From a virus (Duplodnaviria; Caudoviricetes), in IMG/VR virus record IMGVR_UViG_3300014205_000174: DNA of 64,000 bases. One strand, given 5' to 3'. The translations under genes and the position numbers were made by a program. How positions within the stretch are numbered: position 1 is the first letter of the stretch; the number at the start of each line of letters is the position of its first letter. The notes under the pieces were generated by a model. It was not told the DNA's origin, ran no database searches, and saw only the letters and a program-made list of their open reading frames with translations. This document shows positions 41,183 to 50,761 of this stretch, piece by piece.

Positions 41183-41893
41183 TCAATTGGTTGCATTAAA
41201 AGGCACTTCATAAGTTTCCGCTCCCGGAAGACCACCCCATTTTTTAATATAAAATTGTTTGTTTTCTTCAATGAGCGGTTGCAGGGATGGGTCTCTTAAC
41301 AACGATGAACTGCGGTTAAATACATTGGGATTTAAAAACGGAACCTGTGCCACTTCTATACCCATAAGCTTCATCCTGCGCATCATGTCGTTGTCGTTGT
41401 AGTAGATAGACAAGTCCGTATCAAACTCACCAACCTTAGCAAAAACCTCGTCGCTGATTAGAAATGCACACCAGTCGTATGCTTTCTCGCAAACGTAAAT
41501 TTTATTACCCAACTCCGGGTCATGTATCAGCAAAGACATTTCCTCCTGCGTCCTGTTGAGGTATATATCGTCATTGAGCACAAGGGCATGCGTATGCTCT
41601 TTGAAAGCCTCCTCCAGCAACGCGTTCCACGCTGCCGCAACGCCAATGTTTTTACTATTCCACGACCTGATTACTTTTATGTTCAGCAATGCTGATAGCA
41701 TTTGTTCATTCTTAGCAGCCCACCAATAATCCCTTAACATCGTCAGCAAGGGATAAATACTCTGAGGGCCATTTTCATAAATAATGATTTTGGTAGTAGG
41801 CATGTTGACCACATAGTACATCAAAGCAGGCAGTAATAAATCGGCCCTGTTCAATGTCGGAATGACTACGCAATATTTTATATCTTTTTGCAT
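41183..41893 (-). CDS. GT2-family glycosyltransferase
   Basis: VVIPTLNR, GVAAAWN, LVLNDD, VGEFD, YYNDND, KKWGG. Confidence 0.85.
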   Translation of the reverse strand: MQKDIKYCVVIPTLNRADLLLPALMYYVVNMPTTKIIIYENGPQSIYPLLTMLRDYWWAAKNEQMLSALLNIKVIRSWNSKNIGVAAAWNALLEEAFKEHTHALVLNDDIYLNRTQEEMSLLIHDPELGNKIYVCEKAYDWCAFLISDEVFAKVGEFDTDLSIYYNDNDMMRRMKLMGIEVAQVPFLNPNVFNRSSSLLRDPSLQPLIEENKQFYIKKWGGLPGAETYEVPFNATN

Positions 41894-41926
41894 GGGAATG
41901 TATTTATTTACGCTGCATCGGCAGCC

Positions 41927-42397
41927 TTACTGCGATGCTTTAATAAACCAATGATTGAAATTCAACCCGAACCCTGGGTGTCTTGGGTCTACTACTACCC
42001 CGTTATCGTCAGTAAAAAATACAGCATTAGCCCATCCGCAACAAGTACCATGCAGTTCGGATATCACACCGCATGCACATGTGGGCTGTTTTTGAACTGG
42101 AACGTATATCATGGCGGCCCGTCTCCAGTAATAATCCTGCTCAATAAGGGTGTACATAGAATTATCAGAACGGATAAACAGTACTTCGTCGTGGTTAAAT
42201 CGTAACGTACCGTACTTGGTTGCAAGTATATACAGTCCGTTATGCTCAAGGGAAACAGGTACACCCCTGAAGCTAAAGCTATAGTGCGGCTCTTCGCTAT
42301 TCCGCTTGGCGTAATCAACGAAATCCGCAAAGTTTATAACCTGGACTTCGTGTTTTTCTACTACTACTTTTTGCAAATTCATAAAGTGCTGCTCCAT
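41927..42397 (-). CDS. hypothetical protein
   Basis: ORF; start moved to MEQHF. Confidence 0.6.
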   Translation of the reverse strand: MEQHFMNLQKVVVEKHEVQVINFADFVDYAKRNSEEPHYSFSFRGVPVSLEHNGLYILATKYGTLRFNHDEVLFIRSDNSMYTLIEQDYYWRRAAMIYVPVQKQPTCACGVISELHGTCCGWANAVFFTDDNGVVVDPRHPGFGLNFNHWFIKASQ

Positions 42398-42419
42398 GTC
42401 TATATTCTTTCCGGGTTGA

Positions 42420-43034
42420 TTATTTGCCTTGGTATTGAAATGAAAGTTTGTTGTAGTGATTTGCTTCGTATGCCCGCATGCCGTCATCATGGTAAAGAAC
42501 AAAGGATACGATACCTGCATCCAGGGCCATCTTGCTGCACATCGTACAGTATGGCTCGCCGCAGCTCACCGGCTTGTCGTTTTCGTCTATGCGCACAAAA
42601 TAAAGCCTACAGCCTACGGTATTGAACTTGCCGGCATTCATTATAGCGCGTTGCTCCGCATGTATGCAGCAGGTGCGGTCGCTCTTGAAATCTTTTGGTA
42701 TACTGTCCTTGAAACAGGCCTCATCAACACACAATGGCATTGAATTAAAACCTTGGCCAACTATTACCCCATTCGGACTTACAATAACAGAACCGCACCG
42801 GGAACGTCTACAGGTGGCCATCTTAGCAAGCTCTATGCACTCGTGTATATAACGCTGCACCGACTCCAGCGGAACTACCCTGTAGTCGGAACCAGATTTA
42901 TGATTACTCTTTGCAGGCCGGCGGCGCTTAATGTACCGGAACAAGTCCTCCCCAAATCGAACTACAAATGTCAATACAGCGACAAATACAAATATTATAT
43001 AAAGTCGGTTTTCGGAAGTTGTTATGCTCATCAT
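42420..43034 (-). CDS. dCMP/cytidine deaminase-family protein with N-terminal hydrophobic segment
   Basis: ATC.R..CGSVIV, GFN, CIHAEQRAI, PYCTMCSK. Confidence 0.85.
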   Translation of the reverse strand: MMSITTSENRLYIIFVFVAVLTFVVRFGEDLFRYIKRRRPAKSNHKSGSDYRVVPLESVQRYIHECIELAKMATCRRSRCGSVIVSPNGVIVGQGFNSMPLCVDEACFKDSIPKDFKSDRTCCIHAEQRAIMNAGKFNTVGCRLYFVRIDENDKPVSCGEPYCTMCSKMALDAGIVSFVLYHDDGMRAYEANHYNKLSFQYQGK

Positions 43035-43246
43035 GCTACGTGCTTATATTGTTTACCGGTTAATTCCTTGTATTCATACTCCAGGTTAATGACCAACAGC
43101 GCATACTCCTTTACCAGATAATATTTCGCATATGCCCGCATATCCGGCGAGCTGTGATGCATGGAGCATATGATATATTTATCCAGCGCCTCATGCGCGT
43201 CGTATACTTCCTGCCGCAGCTTCTTCTGTTCTATTACTTTCATATT

Positions 43247-43543
43247 TTACGCGGCTATTGATAATGTCTCTTCAGGTAATAACTTCTGTAAATTATCCAA
43301 GTCCTTTTTATACGCCTCATCACAGCTCAGATATCCGGTCACAACATTCACGCCATGCTGTATGGTAGCCGTATCCATTTTAAAACGCTTGGCAATTACC
43401 GGGAAAGAATAATATTCTTCCTTGCAATGGCGCAGCAGATACCAGATAAACTGCCTGCACTTAATATATGGCGCGGCCCTGTTCCTCTGGAATGGATTTA
43501 CACCGAAGTAACCACTAACTGTCTGAATTATAACTGAAATCAT
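43247..43543 (-). CDS. DnaA C-terminal-like HTH protein
   Basis: IIQTVSGYFGV...R....RQ..WYL.R.....SFPVIA..F..D.ATI.HG. Confidence 0.75.
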   Translation of the reverse strand: MISVIIQTVSGYFGVNPFQRNRAAPYIKCRQFIWYLLRHCKEEYYSFPVIAKRFKMDTATIQHGVNVVTGYLSCDEAYKKDLDNLQKLLPEETLSIAA

Positions 43544-43557
43544 TGAAAAAATAAAGT

Positions 43558-43574
43558 CGCAACAATCGTGCCAG
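43558..43574 (-). promoter_or_regulatory. sigma54-type promoter
   Basis: CTGGCACGATTGTTGCG upstream of the DnaA_C-like gene. Confidence 0.75.
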
Positions 43575-43576
43575 AT

Positions 43577-43837
43577 TTAACCACGCTCCAAACCTTCCGG
43601 CCAGTCCAGCAGGTCATCAGCCTTCACGCCAAGCACAAAAGCAAATATCATTAGTGTGTCTGTGGTCATGAAGCTCTTCTTACCGGTAACGTGCTGGCTT
43701 ATATTGCTCTTGTTCATTACACAGTCGGTTTTTTCTTTTATCCTCAATATAAATTCCGCCTGGGAAATGTTTTGTTGCTCAAGTATAATAGAAAGTCGTG
43801 TTCGTTTTTTATTTCCCGCTACCGTGCCATTAGACAT
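43577..43837 (-). CDS. XRE/Cro-like HTH protein
   Basis: ISQAEF...KSNISQHVTGK...TL..FA.VLGV..DDLL. Confidence 0.75.
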   Translation of the reverse strand: MSNGTVAGNKKRTRLSIILEQQNISQAEFILRIKEKTDCVMNKSNISQHVTGKKSFMTTDTLMIFAFVLGVKADDLLDWPEGLERG

Positions 43838-43883
43838 CCGATTAATATTTTTGTTTGCTTCAAAGATAACAATGTTTCGAATA

Positions 43884-45866
43884 TTATATACTATGCGTCT
43901 TTTTTATTTGGTCAAAATAGTCCACTTCTTTTAACAATGATGCCGTATCCTGCCACCCATTCTTGGTTTTCTCGTAACCAACCCACGTATATTCGACGCC
44001 TTTCTCTGTTTTTGTGGTAACCCCTTCGACGGGGACAGTTACCGTTTCTCCAATAATAAAACTGGTGCTGTATTGCATGGGTAGCCTGTTCCAGACATCA
44101 TTCATAGCTTTTCGCGCAGCATCTAATGTCACCGCCTCAATGAGAATTGGGTCATTTATGCCAGAAAAGTAGAATTTATATATTTTAACCCCGTTGTAAT
44201 CTCTCATCACCATGTACCTTCCGGCCTGATTTTAAAATATACCGACCAATGCTCCTTTGGAAAACGCCCATGCCACATGCCCGTACCCGCACGGCTCCCG
44301 TCGCTATATTGGAGCGGCGTGCACTCGGAGCATAGTTGCTTGCCAATTAACTCGTCAGGCAGTGACCCTGGAGCAAAGGCAACCATACTTCGTCCCCAGT
44401 AATGACCGCAGGCCGTATTTTCAACACAATCGCATTTCGCACAAACAAATAGTGGCATTCTGTAAAGATATAATCCAATTCGTTAATAAACGTTCTGCGA
44501 CTTCCCATTATGTATTGTCGGCCTACTAAAAATTCGGTTTTTATTTTCTTTATCCCACTTAGCCTTCAATTCACAATGGTTTTTATACTCTTGCTTTTCA
44601 TACCTCAGTAAATACCCGTAGGTTCTAAACTGTTTCGCAAATGAAACCGCATCGGGAAAGCGCCTAAAGGATTTCACCTCATAATAAGAGGAATAGTATG
44701 GCGTGTTTTTATGGTCATAACCCACATAGGTTGCCTGATATTTTATAACGTCAGAATGCAACCAGTTATCATTAGTATAGAGTACTACATAATTATTAAC
44801 CCAAGCATCGCTTACCTGGTCTTTATGCACTGGATTTGGTATTACTTTCACATGATATTGAGCAGATGCTATCGCATGGTAAATCACAAAAATAAATGCA
44901 AGTGTTATTTTATTCATTGTTACTTAGTTTTTATTGTTCCTCAATAGCTATTCCTTCGTCAATCAAACTCCGGACAGGCCCCCAGCCGCAGTCGTAGTAT
45001 TCTCCGCGCAGAAAATCAAATATTGGTAGTGAGTATTCTATGATTTCAAAACTCTCCTCGTGAATGCGGATATTGCTCGGGGTAAAGTATATTTTAATGC
45101 TGCGTTTTTTATTTGATTTACCTATAGCTCCGTTGTCGCCATCAATATTAAGGCATTGCTCTGTACGTGTGATAACGGGATTGTGTATACCGGCCAATCT
45201 GGCTATTTCCAGTCCGTGCTCGTCCGTTATCGTATATAGGCGCTTGAGGATGAGCTTGTGTGGGCAATGACCAATGCTATATGCGTGCAATGAGCACCAT
45301 TGTCCTGTTTCTTTTACCTGGAAAGCAGAGCTATTTACGCTATACAAAGTAAGAATATGGTCGACATCTATTAAGGTAAAGGCGTCGTCGGAACCATCAT
45401 CTTTTGATGGCAATTCACCCATTTGTATGCGAGCCCCAATATAGGATGCAAAAATTCTATGCAATACGCCGTCTATCATGGTTTTTTAAAATAATTTCAG
45501 TAAAACAATAGCGTAATAATAAGGATTCACACCCACACTACGCGCCCTCGCGCATAGCGATTCATATGGATTTGCAAACCCTGCGTTATTTTCACCGTAA
45601 GACTGGTACAATTCATATGGAATATCCGAAATGCGCTCAGCTATACTTTGACAATATTCATGATTATCCCTAATTTTAGACAAGGAGCCAAGCAACCTCC
45701 ACCTGCCGGTCGGCAATAATATCACTTCCGATTCATTTGGGCCTTCGCAAAACGGGCCTAGCGGATATACTATATCTAACTTATTGTCATGCAAGTGCAC
45801 TGTAAGCGTAAATTGATTTAAACCCACAAACAACAAATTTCCTGCTTCTCTTAAACGATTATCCAT
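43884..45866 (-). other. five hypothetical genes (43884-44213, 44207-44458 Cys-rich, 44483-44917 with signal peptide, 44931-45479, 45486-45866)
   Basis: Tightly packed minus-strand ORFs. Confidence 0.6.
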
Positions 45867-45978
45867 TTTTTCATATTAAATATCAATAATACTCCCTACC
45901 TTTATGCTGCTTTTGTTTCCATTACCAAGGTAATTCTTTGTTGGATTTGTTCCCATAAAGGTATTTTAAGGTGTTTAC

Positions 45979-46011
45979 AAACAGGTCGCGCTTTGTAGTG
46001 CGGCCTGTTTT
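45979..46011. terminator. intergenic hairpin / probable terminator
   Basis: AAACAGGTCGCGCT-TTGT-AGTGCGGCCTGTTT followed by T-rich sequence. Confidence 0.5.
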
Positions 46012-46035
46012 GTTTTGCCTATTACCAGCATCTAC

Positions 46036-46052
46036 CGCAAATATCCTGCCAA
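46036..46052 (-). promoter_or_regulatory. sigma54-type promoter heading the long minus-strand block
   Basis: TTGGCAGGATATTTGCG. Confidence 0.6.
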
Positions 46053-46122
46053 ATTACATTCCGGTAGTGCCTCAGTTTGAATGTTAATGTTTTTTAACAA
46101 ATAGGAGTAGTAACTTTGTTGC

Positions 46123-46257
46123 ATGGCAAAGAAAGCACGTCCAGCACGTCCTAAAGATACAAATCAACTGGCAAAACGCATAGCTGATATAGCTACTGGC
46201 GAAATTACCGAACAAAAGATTCCAGCCCCAAAGCCAGCAAAGAAAAAGGCAAGCTGA
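46123..46257 (+). CDS. small basic IS-associated protein (RP.D.NQLAK.I.DIATGE type)
   Basis: Manual translation MAKKARPARPKDTNQLAKRIADIATGE...; TAACTTTG promoter at 46111. Confidence 0.65.
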   Translation: MAKKARPARPKDTNQLAKRIADIATGEITEQKIPAPKPAKKKAS

Positions 46258-46271
46258 TTTAATCCAGTTGA

Positions 46272-46574
46272 TTACTTAATGCGCCTACCCTGTTCGTCAT
46301 ATACTATTACAGGGGCAGAAATCTTTTCTCCTTTCACATTAAAAATGTATAGAGAGGCTGGTTGCGCGCCAATCATATAAACAGGAACCATGCCTTTATG
46401 CGTAAAATATTCGTAAGCACTTAGGATTTCCTCTTTGCTATAGTTACAATACGCTGTAAATATAAACCCTTCGCTATTATGCCTGCCAGTCTCAGTAAGC
46501 CCAATGCGCCAGTCGCTATATGGCTCCGTAGCCTTTTCGAGAATTCTATCTATCAATAGATTTTCATGTTTCAT
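46272..46574 (-). CDS. IS cargo hypothetical protein
   Basis: ORF MKHENLL... behind a structured leader. Confidence 0.6.
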   Translation of the reverse strand: MKHENLLIDRILEKATEPYSDWRIGLTETGRHNSEGFIFTAYCNYSKEEILSAYEYFTHKGMVPVYMIGAQPASLYIFNVKGEKISAPVIVYDEQGRRIK

Positions 46575-46595
46575 TTGTTTGTGTTTATGATGAGC

Positions 46596-46751
46596 AAAAA
46601 AATAGCGTAACCGAAATTCAGTTGCTCGTTCAAGGCTTACCACAGCCCGCTCAATACAACGAATACAGTTACGCCATTTTAGGGCGCATCATATCCATAG
46701 ATTGTATTGAGCTTGCCGATTTAAACTGTGGTAATTCTGAACGGGCAACTA
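46596..46751 (-). promoter_or_regulatory. structured leader RNA candidate
   Basis: Nested inverted repeats AGTTGCTCGTTCA/TGAACGGGCAACT, TTACCACAG/CTGTGGTAA, GCTCAATACAA/TTGTATTGAGC. Confidence 0.6.
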
Positions 46752-46899
46752 CTTCTATAATACTGAAAATCTTCCTTTTTATCTATCCATGCAGTTAGTT
46801 TTGGTAAATGATTTTGTTAGCTTTGAAGCAAACAACTTATTACAAATGTAATTACTTTCATTATAAATAGTCCATTGGTGCGAAAAAAATAAAGCCTGC

Positions 46900-47616
46900 A
46901 TGAATAACAAAGAACGAATACTAAATGACTACGAAATACTGGGGGTATTCTATGTTAAAAAGGAGTTGTATAGAGCATACGTGAAGTATTACAATGAAAT
47001 TGATGCCCTGCTGCTTTATGATAAGCCTATACCAGCCGCATTACTCAAACGCTTCATCGCATTAATCCATAAAGAGAACTGGATACAGTCTAAGCATATT
47101 CAAAAGCTACTGAAAGGTAAAAGCGTATATACCAAGAAAGTAATAGACTACTTTTCAAAGCCTGAAAATGAAGAGTATTTATTTGAGGGCGAATCAACAG
47201 AAAAAGTCATGCTGTTTGATATACTTTCCGAAACCACTACCGAGCAAATACAACACGTGCCGTATTCATTTAAGGCAATGATTGATACCTGCATCCATGC
47301 TTACTTCACAATTGGGCAGGTGATACAAATGGATAAAAATGATATTGTAGTGTTTTTCTTTAACGACATTCAGGAATATACGCAACGACACTTTACCGAA
47401 GAGCAGCTACGTCAATACAAGCCATTCAGAATGAAAGTAATTGCAGCGTATCTCACTATGAGTATTGGGATGAAATTATGGGAGCCTGGTACTGTTATTC
47501 CAATAATGAATAAAAAAGGCAAGTACGAAAACAAGAGCATTCATACCCACTTCCGGAACAAAGATTTGGAGAATGTCACAAAAAATGCGCTGAGAGCTAA
47601 AAAGAGAAAAGCCTGA
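46900..47616 (+). CDS. IS cargo hypothetical protein
   Basis: 238-aa ORF. Confidence 0.7.
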   Translation: MNNKERILNDYEILGVFYVKKELYRAYVKYYNEIDALLLYDKPIPAALLKRFIALIHKENWIQSKHIQKLLKGKSVYTKKVIDYFSKPENEEYLFEGESTEKVMLFDILSETTTEQIQHVPYSFKAMIDTCIHAYFTIGQVIQMDKNDIVVFFFNDIQEYTQRHFTEEQLRQYKPFRMKVIAAYLTMSIGMKLWEPGTVIPIMNKKGKYENKSIHTHFRNKDLENVTKNALRAKKRKA

Positions 47617-47704
47617 GTTTTCTCCCAGACTTTTCTCTTATACTGTGGCTTGACCCCAGTTCAAAATTATAAAATCCGACCCTAAAGTCAAAATACTATT
47701 TTTC

Positions 47705-47743
47705 GACCTTAGGTTCACTTTTTCAAAAAGTGAACCTAAGGTC
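47705..47743. repeat. perfect 39-bp palindrome among GACCyTAaGgTCA-like motifs
   Basis: GACCTTAGGTTCACTTTTT-C-AAAAAGTGAACCTAAGGTC. Confidence 0.85.
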
Positions 47744-47969
47744 AGTTTTTGTATTTCCCATCCTAAGGTCAAACCCATAAAAACCGATTTCTTTTTAATG
47801 ATTATTTGTGAATAGCCGGGCTATACTTTTGCTGCATGGCTGATTGGAGATAGTGGCAACATACTTTACTTGACCCTCAAAAAAAAACATTAAAAAATGA
47901 AAATAGATACCTCATAGCCCGAAAACAAAAAACCACCTGCTGTAACAAGTGGTTTTCCCGATTTCTTAT

Positions 47970-48041
47970 GCGCACGTAGTTTAATGGATAGAACTCGGGC
48001 TTCGGAGGCCGGCAGTTTGGGTTCGATTCCCAACGGGCGTA
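47970..48041 (+). tRNA. tRNA-Arg-like gene with irregular anticodon arm (possible pseudo-tRNA)
   Basis: Acceptor GCGCACG/CGGGCGT, D arm GTTT-AATGGATA-GAAC, T arm TTGGG-TTCGATT-CCCAA; imperfect anticodon arm; no encoded CCA. Confidence 0.65.
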
Positions 48042-48151
48042 CTATGTCACAAATGTAGGAAGTTGTATTTATGTGACCAAATAAAAATCATTGTTCATAA
48101 TTTCCAAAATAACTGGAAATATTTTTACTATTTCCAATAAAATGCACAAAT

Positions 48152-48168
48152 CTGGCACGCAATTTGAA
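48152..48168 (+). promoter_or_regulatory. sigma54-like motif upstream of the transposase (TTGA variant)
   Basis: CTGGCACGCAATTTGAA. Confidence 0.45.
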
Positions 48169-48197
48169 ATATATTGTTCACATACACGCACTAAGAA

Positions 48198-49082
48198 ATG
48201 AACAGGTTAAGCATTGCAGACAGGACTAAGATAGTTAGATTGTTGGTTGAGGGTAATTCTCTCCGTTCCTGCTCCCGGATAATGGACGTATCCATAAACA
48301 CAGTAACCAAGTTACTGGAAAAGGTAGGTGCCGCCTGCCTGAAGTTCCACCACGAGACCGTTATAAACGTGCCTGCAAAGCGGGTTGAATGTGATGAGAT
48401 TTGGTCGTTTGTCTACGCCAAAGAGAAAAACGTACCGTATTGCACTAAGCACGATGACACCAAAGTTGGCGATGCATGGACATTCGTAGGAATGGACGCT
48501 GATACCAAACTGGTTGTTTCCTGGCTTGTAGGTTGCAGGGATGCTATATCCGCAAATGATTTTATGCTGGAAGTATCAGCGAGGCTGCGCAACAGGGTGC
48601 AGCTTACTACCGATGGCTTTAAGCCTTACCTGAGAGCAGTAGAAACTGCATTTGATGATGAAATAGACTTTGCCCAGCTAATCAAGATTTACGGAGCCCC
48701 GGAAGGTAATGGTACGGAGAAAAGGTATAGTCCGGCAAAGTGTACAGGAATCGAAACTAAGCGGGTGTCTGGCGACCCAGACCCAGCATTCATATCTACC
48801 AGCTACATAGAGCGTCAAAACCTCACTATGCGTATGCAAATGCGTCGCTTTACGCGTTTGACCAATGGCTTCTCAAAGAAGATGGAAAACCATTGCCACG
48901 CTATAGCGCTGCACTTTGTTTACTGCAACTTTGTAAGAAGGCATACAACCCTGCGCGTAACACCAGCTATGGCAGCAGGATTAACAGACCGCTTTATGAA
49001 GCTTGAGGATATTGTATGCATGGCTTATGCTGATGAAATAGCACAGGAAGAAAAAATCAGAGCCAGATATAGGAGGGCGTAA
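48198..49082 (+). CDS. IS1-family DDE transposase
   Basis: N-terminal HTH (EGNSLRS..RI..VSINTV), ECDEIWSFV, TTDG, YIERQNLTMR..RRFTRLTNGFSKK. Confidence 0.92.
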   Translation: MNRLSIADRTKIVRLLVEGNSLRSCSRIMDVSINTVTKLLEKVGAACLKFHHETVINVPAKRVECDEIWSFVYAKEKNVPYCTKHDDTKVGDAWTFVGMDADTKLVVSWLVGCRDAISANDFMLEVSARLRNRVQLTTDGFKPYLRAVETAFDDEIDFAQLIKIYGAPEGNGTEKRYSPAKCTGIETKRVSGDPDPAFISTSYIERQNLTMRMQMRRFTRLTNGFSKKMENHCHAIALHFVYCNFVRRHTTLRVTPAMAAGLTDRFMKLEDIVCMAYADEIAQEEKIRARYRRA

Positions 49083-49114
49083 CGAAAGTATAAAATCCTA
49101 TTGTAGGACTACAT

Positions 49115-49639
49115 TCATTTTATGGATTCTAAGTAAGTTGCTGATACTGCTAATTGCGTAGCAAAATCAATATTTCTGTCGCCATGCTGATACATGTGCT
49201 TTAGCATTTCCATCTCAGTAACTCCTACTTTACTACGATGTTTCATTGCAATTAAGACATCTGAGCAAATTAATGTATTCTTATTGTTTATAACAATCTT
49301 GTACTGGTTCATCACTTCGACAAGTAATGGCTTTACCACTTCAATATCCGGCATCCCTTCAAAAGCATAGTGAATTGCTTCGTATGCTTCATCAGTATTA
49401 CCAGTCAGGCTATGGTGCAACTGAAAATCTTGCATTTCTTCATCTGTTGGCATTACGTAGTGTGTAGTATCTACATTCCTTTTCTCAACGATTACGCTAT
49501 CGTCATGCTCCAGACCCTCGCTATTTATCCATCGGTCTATATTCCTGTTAACTAGCATCCCTAATGCAATCCCGATTAAAACCGCTGAAAGAAGAGAAAT
49601 TTTTTTATGCCGAATAATCCACGTGTTTATTTTGTTCAT
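49115..49639 (-). CDS. IS cargo membrane-anchored protein
   Basis: N-terminal TM helix, 174 aa. Confidence 0.65.
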   Translation of the reverse strand: MNKINTWIIRHKKISLLSAVLIGIALGMLVNRNIDRWINSEGLEHDDSVIVEKRNVDTTHYVMPTDEEMQDFQLHHSLTGNTDEAYEAIHYAFEGMPDIEVVKPLLVEVMNQYKIVINNKNTLICSDVLIAMKHRSKVGVTEMEMLKHMYQHGDRNIDFATQLAVSATYLESIK

Positions 49640-49687
49640 TATGTAAAAGTATTATACCTTTCGGTAAAATTGTCAAAACAGAAAAAT

Positions 49688-49924
49688 ATGGAAGTTCTTT
49701 TACAGCAGTATCCGTACCCATCTAATAATTCCGACCAAACGTACTATGACTTTATAGGCAGAATAATAGAAATCAATTCAGAATCAATTCAGAAGTCGGA
49801 CGTAAAACTTTTACCTAAATTAGATATATATAAACTAGAGGTCAAGCTCTATTTAATTGGAGACAACATCACAGAAGAAATAAAAGAGGCTTACTTCAAT
49901 AAAATCAAAGATTGGGTTTTGTGA
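49688..49924 (+). CDS. IS cargo small hypothetical protein
   Basis: ORF MEVLLQQ... Confidence 0.45.
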   Translation: MEVLLQQYPYPSNNSDQTYYDFIGRIIEINSESIQKSDVKLLPKLDIYKLEVKLYLIGDNITEEIKEAYFNKIKDWVL

Positions 49925-50014
49925 GTACCGCTCTGCATAATTGCAATATGCACTTTGTTAAAAAACATTAACATTCAAACTGAGACACTACCTACATTCC
50001 TGTTTATTTTATTT

Positions 50015-50031
50015 TTGGCACGGGGTTTGAT
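50015..50031 (+). promoter_or_regulatory. sigma54-type promoter (TTGA variant)
   Basis: TTGGCACGGGGTTTGAT upstream of ATG 50043. Confidence 0.6.
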
Positions 50032-50042
50032 GTATGTGTACT

Positions 50043-50477
50043 ATGGAAGCGCACAAACTGATATTTATTGAAGCAAACAAGGTTGTAACTATAGAAGATG
50101 CTAATACCCCGTATGCATTTATTTATTTAAGAATCAGTAAAGTAATGGTTCCTTTGGGTGATAACCATATCGGCAGAGAGCACACCATCGCCTACCCGGT
50201 ACTTATATCAGAAAACGGCAAAATAAATAACGGAGACCGGTTTATCACCTGTTACGGCGCTATAGATATAGCAGATGAGAGCACAGACTGGGATACCATT
50301 ATCAATGACTGCCCGTACAAAGTAATCATGGCCCCTCACGAAATAAGAAAAAGGGATATCCAAAAGATACAAGACGAGGAGTATAAATACGGCGACAAAT
50401 TCTTTGTCAAGGATGATGGCTGTTTGATTTTACAAACCGACCTGGTTAATTACATGGAGGGGTTGAAAGCACAGTAA
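50043..50477 (+). CDS. hypothetical protein
   Basis: ORF. Confidence 0.65.
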   Translation: MEAHKLIFIEANKVVTIEDANTPYAFIYLRISKVMVPLGDNHIGREHTIAYPVLISENGKINNGDRFITCYGAIDIADESTDWDTIINDCPYKVIMAPHEIRKRDIQKIQDEEYKYGDKFFVKDDGCLILQTDLVNYMEGLKAQ

Positions 50478-50482
50478 AATAT

Positions 50483-50499
50483 TTGGCACGGGAATTGCT
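50483..50499 (+). promoter_or_regulatory. sigma54-type promoter
   Basis: TTGGCACGGGAATTGCT. Confidence 0.8.
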
Positions 50500-50761
50500 T
50501 TTATAACATTAATAAAACAGATACAATGTATATACCACCAGACTACTGCACTATTTGCGAAAATTACATCAAAGGAGATTCCGACCTTTTTATAAAAGGG
50601 GTTAAGCTCCTAACACCGCTTCAATTATTGGAATGCATGGATACCCTTACAAAGTATGATACCGTTGATGACATGAATACAAAGTATTCCCTCTTCGATG
50701 CTTTTGATATTTTCAGAACCGCTCTTCGGCCAAATAAATGGCCCTTCAATAAAAACAACTA

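Larger units (their letters stand above)
46063..49992 (+). mobile_element. IS1-family element with passenger genes (3930 bp)
   Basis: 39-bp TIRs GGTAGTG(C/T)CTCAGTTTGAATGTTAATGTTTTTTAACAAA with 1 mismatch; 8-bp TSD TACATTCC at 46055-46062 and 49993-50000; DDE transposase inside. Confidence 0.93.

Noticed and set aside
15385-45270. Numerous plus-strand ORFs of 60-180 aa across the minus-strand block
   Set aside because: Shadow frames opposite well-supported genes, with no recognisable motifs
47970-48041. tRNA as a prophage attachment site
   Set aside because: It lies inside TIR/TSD-bounded IS DNA; no integrase or duplicated tRNA 3-prime end is seen in the window
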